NCBI GenBank assembly: GCA_038087875.1
Contig: CM075981.1
Coordinates: forward strand, 72,168,001-72,232,000
Direction of reading: 5' to 3'
Source: Malacoraja senta
Taxonomy: Eukaryota
Length of the DNA: 64,000 nucleotides
The translations under genes and the position numbers were made by a program. Below the pieces are notes generated by a model. It worked only from the letters and a program-made list of their open reading frames with translations. It ran no database searches and was not told the DNA's origin. How positions within the stretch are numbered: position 1 is the stretch's first letter; every line of letters begins with the position of its first letter. Positions 29,780-42,000 of this stretch are shown one piece after another.

Positions 29780-30080
29780 TCTGGCTGCTTGATCTTGAGC
29801 CTGGACGCCGGGCACCGGCCTCCCTCAGCCTGAAGCCGGCGAGCCCTCCCCACACGCCCGCCCACATTATCGGCGACCAGGCAGCTCCGTTCGCCACTGA
29901 CCGCCCCGATTCACCTGGCAGCTTCTACTTGCTTTTACCTGTCGACCAGCGGTTCGTGGAAATTTGCCCGTGGAAGTGTTCGCTTTTACCCAGGATCGCG
30001 GCACTTCCGGCGCGGTGCCCGGAACCGCGGCCTGGCCGTCGTTATGGCGATGGGCGGCCTGTGTCTCCTCTGGCTGCACT
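29780..30080. promoter_or_regulatory. CpG island / bidirectional promoter shared by TSR3 and GNPTG
   Basis: GC- and CpG-dense. ETS/GABPA-type motif CACTTCCGG at 30002-30010 and CCGGAA near 30019. GNPTG ATG at 30044. Minus-strand donor-like sites (CAG|GTAAAA at 29939/29938; GG|GTAAAA near 29990) could end a non-coding TSR3 exon 1. Confidence 0.8.
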
Positions 30081-33000
30081 GTGAGTCCCCCCCCCCCCCC
30101 CCCTCCTCCCTCCTCCCTCCTACCTCTGGCTGCATTGTGAGTCCCCGAACTCTCCCCCCCCTCCCCCCTACCTCTGGCTGCACTGTGAGTCCCCCAACTC
30201 CCCCCCCCCTCCCTCCCTCCCTCCTCCTCCTCCTACCTCTGGCTGCACTGTGAGTCCCCCCCCCCTCCTACCTCTGGCTGCACTGTGAGTCCCCCAACTC
30301 TCCCCCCCTCCCCCCTCTGGCTGCACTGTGAGTCCCCCAACTCTCCCCCCTACCTCTGGCTGCACTGTGAGACCCCCACTCCCCCCCCTCCTCCCACATC
30401 TGGCTGCACTGTGAGTCCCCCAACTCTCCCCCCCTCCTCCTCCTACCTCTGGCTGCACTGTGAGTCCCCCCCACCCTCCTACCTCTGGCTGCACTGTGAG
30501 TCCCCCAACTCTCCCCCCCCCCCAATCTGGCTGCACTGTCCCCCAACTCTCTCCCCCCCCCCCCTGGCTGCACTCAGTGTGAGTCCCCCCACTCCCCCCT
30601 TCACTTAGCTGCACTGCCTCCCCTCCTCTGGCAGCACTGTGAGTCTCTCCCCCCTCCTCTGGCTGCGCCGCAAGCCCCCCAATCCCCCTCCTCTGGCTAC
30701 ACAGTCCCCCAACTCTCCCCTCTGGCTGCACTGTGAGTCCCCCTCCTCTGGCTGCACTGTGAGTCCCCCTCCTCTGGCTGCACTGTGAATCCCCCTCCTC
30801 TGGCTGCATTGAACCCACCTTCTGGCTGCACTGTGAATCACTATCCCCCTCCTCTGGCTGCACTGTGAGTCTCCGTTCTCATCTCCCCGGCCCAGGCTGT
30901 TTGTACCAACACATCCCTCGATGCGGATATTTGACTAAGGGGTGACGGACATCATAGCTGTTTGTCCGGCCCTGGTCGGTCCAAGGTCAGGTTTGCTTCT
31001 GGTCAATGGCCGGAACGGGTTGCTGACCACTCAATGTACCCGACATCACAGTTGGATGCAGCGACCGGCCCAGCCAAGTCACTCTGACACACTGTGGTCC
31101 TGGGCTCCACAGTTCCTTCCCACACTTTATTGTCCGCAGCTTTTAATACCGTCCGACAACAAGCCGCTTCCATTTCTTCCAGTGCTTCTGGACTTGAACT
31201 CTGATATTAATAGATTTCATTTTCTTTCCCTTCTGCAGTTCTTGGCATCTCGGCTACTAAAATGAAAATTGTAGAAGAGCCCAACACCTACGGGTAAATA
31301 AATTCAAAAAATCGTTCTCCTTGGAGGGTCAGAGTGGTTGGAATCTTCCCAGATCAGGCAGTGATGAATAACTTAATTTCGCTATTTTTATTGGTTTAGT
31401 TGCTTCTCAAGCCACAGATTGTGGGTCAAATCCAACTCCAAAGGCCTTGGGCCAAATCCAGACTGATAGATACTCCAATGTGAATCTGTACTGGTGAACT
31501 GTAAGCCAAAAGCATGTTTTGCACCCCATGACACTGTTTAAAGTGTTCTTCCCAGTGTCCTGTAAATGTAATACAGTACTTAATATTATGATGTTGTTGT
31601 GAAAACATTGCTGTTTGTAGGTCTACAATAATACAAATTGCAGAGCCTAACATAACGACAGGGTAATACACTTTAAAAGTTATTCTTGGTATGTAAAGCA
31701 GTTTGGGATTTTCAGAAAACAGTGTATAAGACTTTGCATAAAATGGTGACAGGTTCTATACCATGGAATGAGGGTGGAAAATGTCCAGTACTGGGATTTA
31801 AAAGAAAGTATAGTTGGGTACTCAAGTTCCAGAAAGACCTCTTTGTCAGATGATAAGGTGGATATAACCTTGGGAACCAGGTTTCACCCAGAGCAAGTAC
31901 CTCAAGACAGAAGGTAGACACAAAATGCTGGAGTAACTCAGTGGGACAGGCAGCATCTCTGGAGAGAAGGAATGGGTGACGTTTCGGGTCGAGACCCTTC
32001 TTCAGACTTCTTCTGAAGAAGGGACTCGACCCGAAACGTCACCCATTCCTTCTCTCCAGAGATGCTGCCTGTCCTGCTGAGTTACAGTACTCCAGCATTT
32101 TATGTCTACCTTCGATTTAAACCAGCATCTGCAGTTCTTTCCTACACACCTCAAGACAGGATCGAGTACAATCTGGAATTGAGGCCTCTGAAATTACCCC
32201 ACAGATATGGAGGAAAAAAATAGAAATTTATGATTTATCAGCACTAATTCCCCACCTCAAACAATCAATAAAATGTGGTTATTTGTATTTCAGGTTGAAT
32301 AATCCTTTCCTGTCCCAAGTAACCCGGCTTCAACCAAAAATACGTCCTGCTGCCATTTCAGGTAATGGATAATGGGATTTTAGCCCTTCATTCTTTCCTG
32401 CCAGCACTTGCTCTCAACCATCACCCATCAGTTATATTTTCCACACCCACTTTCCCCAGACTAAATCCCCCTTGGCACTCTTCTTACTGCAATCTCTCCT
32501 TTTTACCACACCGCCTTCTCCCCATGCTACTCCTCACATGAGATCTATTGATCAAGTGACTCTGCCCACAAATGGGGCTGATAATTACCAATATATAATG
32601 TACATTGTTAAGTGTTTTTATTTCTTTCAGGCCCCCCACATCTGCACAAACTTGCTGGGAAATGCTTCAGTATGATTGAGGCTTCGTGAGTATTAATTTT
32701 ATTGACTGCAGTAACGATAATCTCCCAGATAGATGGATGGTGCATTTTTCTAGCATTTTGTTCAAAGATACACAGTGCTCATGAAATCTACAATTTCAAA
32801 GGGAAATTGTGTACATTCAGCCTTTCATTTTGGTTATGAACTGATAGTTGTGGAAACAACTTTGTAAATCTTTTATTTTGCATCCACTCCTGTACCTCCA
32901 TCCTTACACAATGGATCAAATAAAACTGTCTGTGGCTGGCAGTTCTGAAGGGAAATGCTGACATACTGCTGAAGTACAAACCCAGACTTGCACAGCCCCA

Positions 33001-36000
33001 CTAAGTCTGGAAAATCTAGGCCTGGATAGAGTGAATGTGGAGAGGATGTTTCCATTAGTGGGAGCGTCTAGGACCGGAGGCCATAGCCTCAGATTAAAAG
33101 AACGTACCTTTAGAAAGAAGGAATTTCTTTGGTCAGAGGGTGTTGAATCTGTGGAATTCATTGCCACAGATGGCTGTGGAGGCCGTCAATGGATATTTTT
33201 AAGCTGGAGATTGACAGATTCTTGATTGTCAGGGGTTATGGGGAGAAGGCAGGAGACTGGGGTTGAGAGGTAGAGATAGATCAGCCACGATTGAATAGCA
33301 GAGTAGACTTGATGGGCCGAATGGCGTAATTCTTCTCCTAGAATTTATGAACTCATGAAATTAAGTGATAGATTTAATTTTGCTTATTTCTACATGGTGT
33401 CCGTTGGCCAAACCCAGTCATGTTGGGGATTCGCCGACATGATCCTAACCCAGTTTGACGTGTTATGTGATTGTAATCTAGTGAACAAGGATTCTCGATT
33501 CAGAGATACGGATGTAAAAAAAGTTTCATTTTTCTTTTAATGTTTCTTGAGTCTTTTAATAATTAAAATTAAAATACTACTTTTGGGCAGTGGGCAGGTG
33601 CTATAGACCTGCACGGGAAGGTAGACGCTCCCGCCCCCACGAGTCTTGGGCAGATGGGGCTCGTCAGCCTGGGAAGGCAGTCCATCTAGGAGTGGGAAAA
33701 CTCTGATTTAAAACCTCCACTGCCTTGTGGCCATATCCAGTCATGGAAAAGGCTCCAGGAGTAAACCTCAAGAAAATTCGGAGTCCCTAAGGCAGTTCAT
33801 CGTTGTCTACAACCTCGCTCTGGCAGCTCCTGTGATGGCACTGGTGCCAAACTGTAACGGCCCTGCTGTTCCTTTGGATCGATCAGCGACGTGGAGAGGG
33901 GGGACGTGCTGCATGGGCTTGCATCCGACCAGGATGCATCACCCATGGTCAGTCATGACTGAGAGGGGCCTACTACTACTACTACTACTACTTAAGAGCA
34001 ATAATAATTTATTAATAACAATCTTAATAGCTCCCGACTCCTGGCATTTAAAACTTCTTTAAAAAGCAACCTTATCTGATCAGACAAGAGGTGATCCTTT
34101 GCCCAGCTTTGCCCAGTTTGTGCCCCTGTAAAGCAAGGGTGTTCTGGAGAGAGCCTAAATGGTACACTAATCCTCTACCGTCTGCTTCAAACTTTCGATT
34201 GGGAGGTCCAGGCAACAGGGACCTATGCATCCATATCTGGTCAGTATCTAAACATAAGACAGAGTAGCTTTGGAGGCGGTCCCAAGGAGGTTCACGAGGC
34301 CAATTCCTTGGATGAGAGGGTTGTTTTATCAAGAGTGGTTAATTAGCGAAAATTAGATGCTGGAAATCTAAAACAGAAACAGTTCTGACGAAAGGTCTCT
34401 GACCTAAAATGTTGACTCTGCTTCACCACCCACAGATGTGCCCTGACTTACTGAGCACTTCCAGCGTTTTCTGCTTTTGTTTGAGAGGTAGATAGTTTGG
34501 TTCTGTATTTCTTGGAGTTTAGGAGAATGAAGGTGACCTTATTCAAACATACAAGCTCCGAGGTGGGGGTTCGCAGGATAGTGTGTTACTTGACAGGTGG
34601 GTGAACCATGAACAAGGGAGGATAGTTACAGAATAAAGGTCTGTATCTGAAAACTGAGGTGTGGATACATTTCCTCTCTGGGGGTAGTGTATCTCTGGAA
34701 TTCTCTGCCCCCAAAGGTAGTGGAGGTCAGATCATTTGATATATTTAAAGTGGAGATAGATAATTATTTGAACGATTGAGGATTATGGAGAACTGGCACA
34801 GAAGTGGAATTGAGTCCGGCATAGTTCAGCTATGAATCAGACTTGAGACCACCTCCTATTTTCTTCTATTCTTGTATAAATGGAACGTGATTTGGCCCAA
34901 TGTGATGAGCATTTACAGTAAAATTCTAACCCAGCATGCTCCTGCTGTTGGTGATGCCAAACTGGTAGATTTTCAGGATGTTGAATGTTGGTTTTAATTA
35001 AAACATTTTTTAGATATTACTCACTAGATCAATACATTTTTCTAATGGACCTGGTAATCTTAAAAAGCACCTGGGGAAATGAGATAAGTTTGATGGGAAG
35101 CAGGTGAGTTTCAAGAAGGTGCAGGAACTCAGACCCTGGCAGGTAAGTGGGTGTGCCAGAATCAGCAATTAGTTTGACATAATTTCTCTACTTTTCAATT
35201 TTATTATGACTGATCTAGGTCACAACTCTTCATGTATTATATTCCTAGATCCATTTGTTTCTCTACCCAGCTTAGCTTTATTTTCCTAGCATTCTGTGAC
35301 CAGTTTTTTTCTTATCAAAATCCACTGATGCACTTGGATTAAAATTAATTTTCCAAATTTATTAATATACAGACCCCATCCACCAATTTAGTATGAATGC
35401 CAAATTTAGAATAAAAACAATTTCTAAATCGCTAATAAATTGTAATTTGCAGTAATCCCAGAAAGAATCCTTTTGGGACCCTGCTATTCATTTTCTCCCA
35501 CAATAAACGGCAATCGCTTTCCTCTAATTGGATTTTTTTTTAGTATAGCTGCTTTTCGCTTCCTGACTCTACATTTAACCTTATTCTCTAATCTGATTCA
35601 GTGGTCATGTTTGGCACTTTATCAAAGAGCTTTGGAAATCCACTACATTTTCACCGGTGCTCTCACTGGTGCCTTTGCCGCAGAATTCAGTAATTCATGG
35701 GGAAAATGTAGCAGGACTGTGGGTAAAGAGCAAGGTATTGACTGATCGAACAGCTCTACTAAAGAGCCAGCACAATGGTCATAGTGGACTCTTACTGATC
35801 CATCTGTGAATTTCATGCTGACATCTTGTTTCCTGCAGGTACAAATACGAATTCTGCCCTTTCCACAACATTACACAGCATGAGCAGTCATTTCGCTGGA
35901 ATGCGTACAGTGGGATCCTTGGGTATGTCCTTAATGGTGGAGCCAAAGGGGAGAGAGATAGTTGAAAGAAATGGCTGAAGCTGGAGTCCTGAAGAACATT

Positions 36001-39000
36001 GAGTATATTTTGTGAATCTCATGTCATTTTCTGGCAGGAGTCCAGCATTATTCCAATTAGTTTCACCCTGAATGTGATCCACAAAATCACCAAATCAAAA
36101 AAGCTCTTATGATTATCCTTTAAGGATGGAAATATTGTCAAAACATTTCTCCTGCTTCAAAATGTCAAAGAGTGAATGCAATAGATTGTTAAAACTTATG
36201 AAGTTTAGTTCAGAGATACAGCACGGAAACAGGCCCTTTGGCCCACCTAGTCCGCACCGACCAGCGATCCCCACACATTAACACTATCCTACACACACCA
36301 GGGACAATTTACACTTATACCAAGCCAATTAACATACATACCTGTGCGTCTTTGGAGTGTGGGAGGGAACCGAAGATCTCAGACAAAACCCATACGATCA
36401 CGGGGAGAACGTACAAGCTCCGTACAGACAGCAGCCGTAGTCGGGATCAAACCCGGGTGTCCGACGCTGTAAGGCAGCAACTCTACCACTGCCTTACACC
36501 AAGGCAGCGGTAGAGTCCCCTGATTGAACTGATGTCAGAATGTTACCTGTTACTTTAGTTTATCCCCATTAGAGCAGGTGGTGAGTGTAGTTGGGATGTG
36601 GATAGAAATTGGGTAAATTGTCATGCAGTTACATTCAAAGCGGGGCATGAACGTGGATGAATCAGGATTAAGGAAAAATAAATGGGTATCTGACTGTCTT
36701 TTATTCTGTAGAATATGGCAGGAATGGGAGATTGAAAACAACACCTTTGTGGGAATGTGGATGAAGGAGGGAGATTCTTGTGCCAGCAAGAACAGACAGA
36801 CCAAGGTAGGTGTTCCCTAGCACTTTGCTCAGTGTGCTGAATGTGAACTGTCACTACTTCAAGGCTCATTGGTGTGCAAGCTGAGGGAATAGGGAGCCGG
36901 AAACCAATATTTCCAAAACCCTCATTCCTGCTACCCAGTGTCAGATAAGCTAACAGCGAGAAAACAACATGGGCTCTGCGACAATGCACTCGGCCATTAG
37001 CAGCGGGTGTTGGTTTGCCTCACAAGGTGGTTAGTCTCTCACGGCTCCGGTCAGACCCTGGGTTCCTCGGGCAATGTGAAGTTAATAACTCTGCCACTCC
37101 TCTGCTCTACCAAATGAAACTCTTTTCTCTCATTCACAGGTCATTTTCACATGTGGAACCAGCCACAAACTGGCTCATGTTTCAGAGCCCAACACTTGCA
37201 TCTACTGGCTCACCTTCGAAACACCATTAGTCTGCCATCCCCAATCACTGCTGGGTGAGTAAGGAAGTCATTCCTCAGAATATGAGAGAGCTGAGGATGG
37301 CTTCAGGTAAAGTGACGTTATCACTCCCTCCTGGAATAGGGTCTGCAGTGCAACTGAATGATGCCTTCCCACATTAGAATTATAACATGCTTCCATCCAG
37401 CCAGGGTCTGGATGTGATATGGGTGTATTTTGTCAGAGAGGATGAGAGGCTGACATATTTGGGGGAACATAAAAGGTTTGAAGATGGGATGACGCGTTGT
37501 AAGGGACTGTGTTGTGATGAGGAGGTGGTGTTTTTGATGGGGTGCTCTGGAGTGGTGGAATGTGAGTGAAATTGTGTGTGGTGAGTGTTGGAATGGGGAA
37601 GACAGCCACACAACACCTGCTAAGATTTGTTTATTTCTGTAGTTTACCCTAATCTGAAGGAGGAGCTGCAGAAGAGATGGGACCAGGCTGAACAGTCACT
37701 TTATGATGGCCTCATTACTCAGCAAGTACGTTGTGTTCAGCTGGGGCTCAGTGTGAATGGATGCAAACTAATAATGAGATTAAAAGGATAACACCTGTGA
37801 TATCTGGTTTAAGGGTAAGGGAATGAAGGAGTTGTCTGAAGGAATTAAACACCAAAAAATTATCAGTATTACTAGAGAACAGTGGCATGGAAGCTGGAAA
37901 TCTAAAATCCCGTTTATGGGACCAGAATGTCTAGACTTGGGCGCAAGCACACTTCATCCAACATTTAATCATGCCAATAGAAAGCAAAATTCTGCCATCG
38001 TTGAAATCTAAAAGTCTAACAAAAATCTAAAATTATTTCGGGTGTTGGAGGTTTGATAAGCACTGGGAAAGTTGAGTTTTTAAAATACTGAGAAAGGGGT
38101 CAAAAGATAATATAATAATAAGGAACTGCAGATGCTGGTTTATACCAAAGATAAACACAAAATGCTGGAGTAACTCAGCAGGTCAGGCAGCATCTCTGGA
38201 GGTGATGTTTCGAATGGGGGCCCTACTTCAGACCAAGTCCAGTCAGGTCAAGAGAGGCAACTACAAAAGTTATGTGAAAAATGGGAAGCAGGAGAGATTC
38301 AATGACGAAAGGAATGTTGATACAAAGCAAGAAAAGATGGCAATAGACATCTGGAGGGTCAGTCTGGAAGAACTGTATATTCAGAACAATTGTGACTACC
38401 AGAGGCTGATGGATTGAATGCTGGAAATCGCAAATAATATATGATTATTTGAAATTGAACTTGCCAGGTTGTAGTATGTTTTGCTGGAAGATGCGTTTTT
38501 GCTTGAACTTGCATTAAGATTTGGATGGGAGAACTGAGGACAGTTGGAATGAGACAGAATTAAAAGAACAATTAACTGGAAGCACAGGTCACCATTGTGT
38601 TTCACAAAGCAGTCACCTAATCTGCTTGTGGTGTCCTCAATAAACATATTACCTTGAACATAGAAGTAAATCAGTGCTTCACTGAGGAGGAGGACGATGA
38701 GAAAGGAGGTAAAAGGACAGGAGTTGTATCTACTAGGAATGGAAATGTACTATGACAATAGAGACCGCAATCTACGCGTCTTAGAGAGAACCGTCCCTTT
38801 GTAATTCTAAAGGGGAAATAGAGGGAAAATTTCATTATTTTGGAGGTACAGGTATTGGAAATTTCAGAGGATAAAAAGATAATTGCGTACAATGGCGCAA
38901 CTGTTGAGTTGCTGCCGTAGATCCAGGTTCAATGCTGACTACAGTGCCATCTGTATGAAGTTTGTAAGTTCTCCCTGTGACCACGTGGGTTTCCTCCGGG

Positions 39001-42000
39001 TGCTCCCACATTCCAAAGACGTGTAGCTTTGTAGGTTAATTGACTTCTTTAAATTGTTCCTAGTGTGTAGGATAGAACTAGTGTATGGGTGATGATTGGT
39101 CGGTGTGGGCTTGGTGTGCTGAGGAGTCTATTTCCACACTGTATCTTTAAACTGATCTAAGTGCTCTTTTTGAATCTGAAAACCTGGATGAGGAGAGCTT
39201 TTTCTTGGTTTGAAAAAGTAGGGCTGGAGAAAGGGATAAGAGCAATGATGTGTGAAATGGATCTGACAAGGTGCAGACCTTTTCAACTGTGGTGAAAGGA
39301 AATTATGATGTCAAAAGACTTGCCCGTTGAAAGCGCTTGAATGAAAGTTATGGGGTGTGCTGGAGGAAATGGCAAGAAAATCAACTGACTTGCCACAGCA
39401 TCAAAGACATGCAACAAGGAAATGGTCCATTCAGTCCACAGACTGCATGCCGACCCTCAACATTCCATTTACACTAATCCTACTTAATTTTCAAAATTTG
39501 CCTCATTCTCACCAATTCCCTGCAGATTCCACTATTCAATTCAATTCAATTTTTATTTGTCTTTTGGACAAATTTGTCATTTGGACCCCTTGAGGTCCAA
39601 ACGAAATGTCGTTTCTGCAATAGACGCAATAGCAGTAACCTATCAAGCCACATTTTTGTATGTGGGATGAAATAGGAGAAAGCTCACACTGTCACAGTCC
39701 ACACAGACAGCACTTCAGGTCAGGATTAAACTTGGGTGTCTGAGCCCATGAGGTAGTGTGACTCTACTTGCTCTGCCACTCTGCCGTTTATCCAAGGTCC
39801 TAAGTTTTGTAACGTCACAGCTAGGATCAACCAGACAAGTGAAGGGAAACTCCAGCTGTCCTGAATCACATTGCTCCTCTCCAGTGCCACCAGTTCCAAT
39901 CTGAGTATTCTCTCACAGTGCACTGTTGATGGGTGATTACATGGGATCCAATGCAAATCACTATCTAGGTCCATTGATGTGTTGTGTATTTCAGGGTTAC
40001 AGGAAATTGCTTCAAGCAATATTTGAAGATGCGGGTTACTTGCAAACGGGTCAAGAGAAAATAGAAACCAAGGAACAAAATCACTCGCAAGAGGAGACAC
40101 TAAGTCGGTGCAACGAGGTAGGGTACGAGGGGATCGTGTGATTTGGTGTGGGAATATGGAACATAGTGATAAGGGGAGAGTTGATTTGGAGGAGGGTTGA
40201 CTTAAGGCAACTTCTGATTGATTGATTCTGTTTGAGATTTGACTCCCATAGATTGCTTGTTGGGTAGTGGGCAGAATGAAGAACGAGTGGAGCGGGTTTT
40301 TCTTCAGTCCATATTTCATAGCTGCATTGTTCTCTGGAGTGCCTCAGGAACCATCTCTTTCAATTTTATACCAGCATTTGATAATATATTTTGAAAACAC
40401 AAGGTTCCACGGAAAAATAAACAATCCTGTATATACTCAGCATGTCACATAGCTGCGAAGTGATCTGCAGCTCCTCTTTTGCAGTTTGAGAGGAACTGCA
40501 TTTGGACACACTTCATGAAAGTGTAGGTGTCAGGAACACTTAATTTCTCTCTGATCTCCCACATTTCAGATGGAACATACCACTCCTCCTCTGTACCTGT
40601 GCAAACGTTTTTAAAACATTAATAGTATCTGTCTCCACCACTTCCTGTTGGTTTATTTCATACAACCATCACCATCTTTCCCCTCAGATCTCATTTTAAA
40701 TTTCTCACCTGTCCCCTCAAATTTTAGATTTCCTTACTACTCAATGCCTTGGTCTACGGAGGAGAGCACGTGAAATACCTCACTGCTCTGTGTGACACCA
40801 ATTCAGGGAAATGTGAACTTGCACTTGCTCTGTACTTCTGAGGTCTCTGCCATTTACACTTGCCTGGATTAAATTCCATCTGCAACTGCTCCACCCAACT
40901 TTTCAGCTGATCTGTTTCTCAGTATCCTTAGGCAACCTCCTTCACTATCTAGACTTCAATACTTTTTGTGTCCTCAGCAAACTAAGATGACCTACGTTCT
41001 CGTACAAATCGTGTAACAAACAACAAAGGTTCCAGCACCAATCCTTGCAATACACCACTTGCTACAGACTTCCAGACCATTATCCTCTATCTCCTATCAC
41101 CAAGCCAATTTTGGATTCTGTTTGTGAACATGCTTTAGATTCCTTGTGGCTCAACGTTCTGGACAAGCTAACTCTGCAGGACCTTTTAAAAAGCCTTGTT
41201 AGTCCATGTAAACCTGCCTTGACTTGTCAATTTTCTTAGTTACTTGCTTTAAAAAAAAACTCAGACTGTGAAATCAATTTAATGCAACTCTTTTCATTCA
41301 CTGTTTCTTGAATTTGTTCCTTTGTCCCATTTTAGGAGCGGAATAAACTCTCAGAAGAGGTACAAATGTTGAAGGATATCCTGGCACGCCACAATATTTC
41401 CACGATCTTGCCTGGTCAGTATTTCTTGTTCATTGCAAGTCACTCCTTCCTTACAGGCCCAAAGGACGGTACTCATTGAGTGAGATCCAGAGTGCCTCCC
41501 TGATGCTGACAGTGTGATCTGATCTGGGTCAAGAAATCAGGTCTTGGGGTTTCCTGTTGCCCGAGGATAGAGAGCATGGCTGAGGGGAACAAGGTGTAAG
41601 TTATTGACCCATTATGTCTGATACCCAACCTGTTTCTTCTTCTTCTTCTTTCGTGTGGCGTGCACAGCCTAAAGTTGTTGGACAACTTGTTCTATTTGAT
41701 CTTCCGTTTGTGCACGTCGAGTTGATTGCATTAATCGAAACAGGACGGACCACGTGAAGGTTGCAATCTTCCACCCCCCGCCACCTGTTTGAATTCCCTG
41801 TTTAATCTCGCTTTTCTGCTGCATGAGCTGTTCATTCTGGCTATCATCAGAACATTACAATTAGAAAGGCTGTTCAGCCTCTCGTACCTCTTCCATCTTT
41901 CAATAATACTGTGGCTGAACCTTCAGTTCAGCACCAATTTCCTGAACATTCCCTTAATATAAAAGTACTTGGATAAATAAGAGATACTATGTCAATCCTT

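Noticed and set aside
30066-30870. CRISPR-like repeat-spacer array, or the 231-aa ORF 30168-30863
   Set aside because: Vertebrate DNA, no cas genes, and the spacers are related poly-C tracts. The ORFs are by-products of the minisatellite.
41342-41347. AATAAA as the GNPTG polyA signal
   Set aside because: It lies within coding exon 10 (Asn-Lys codons).
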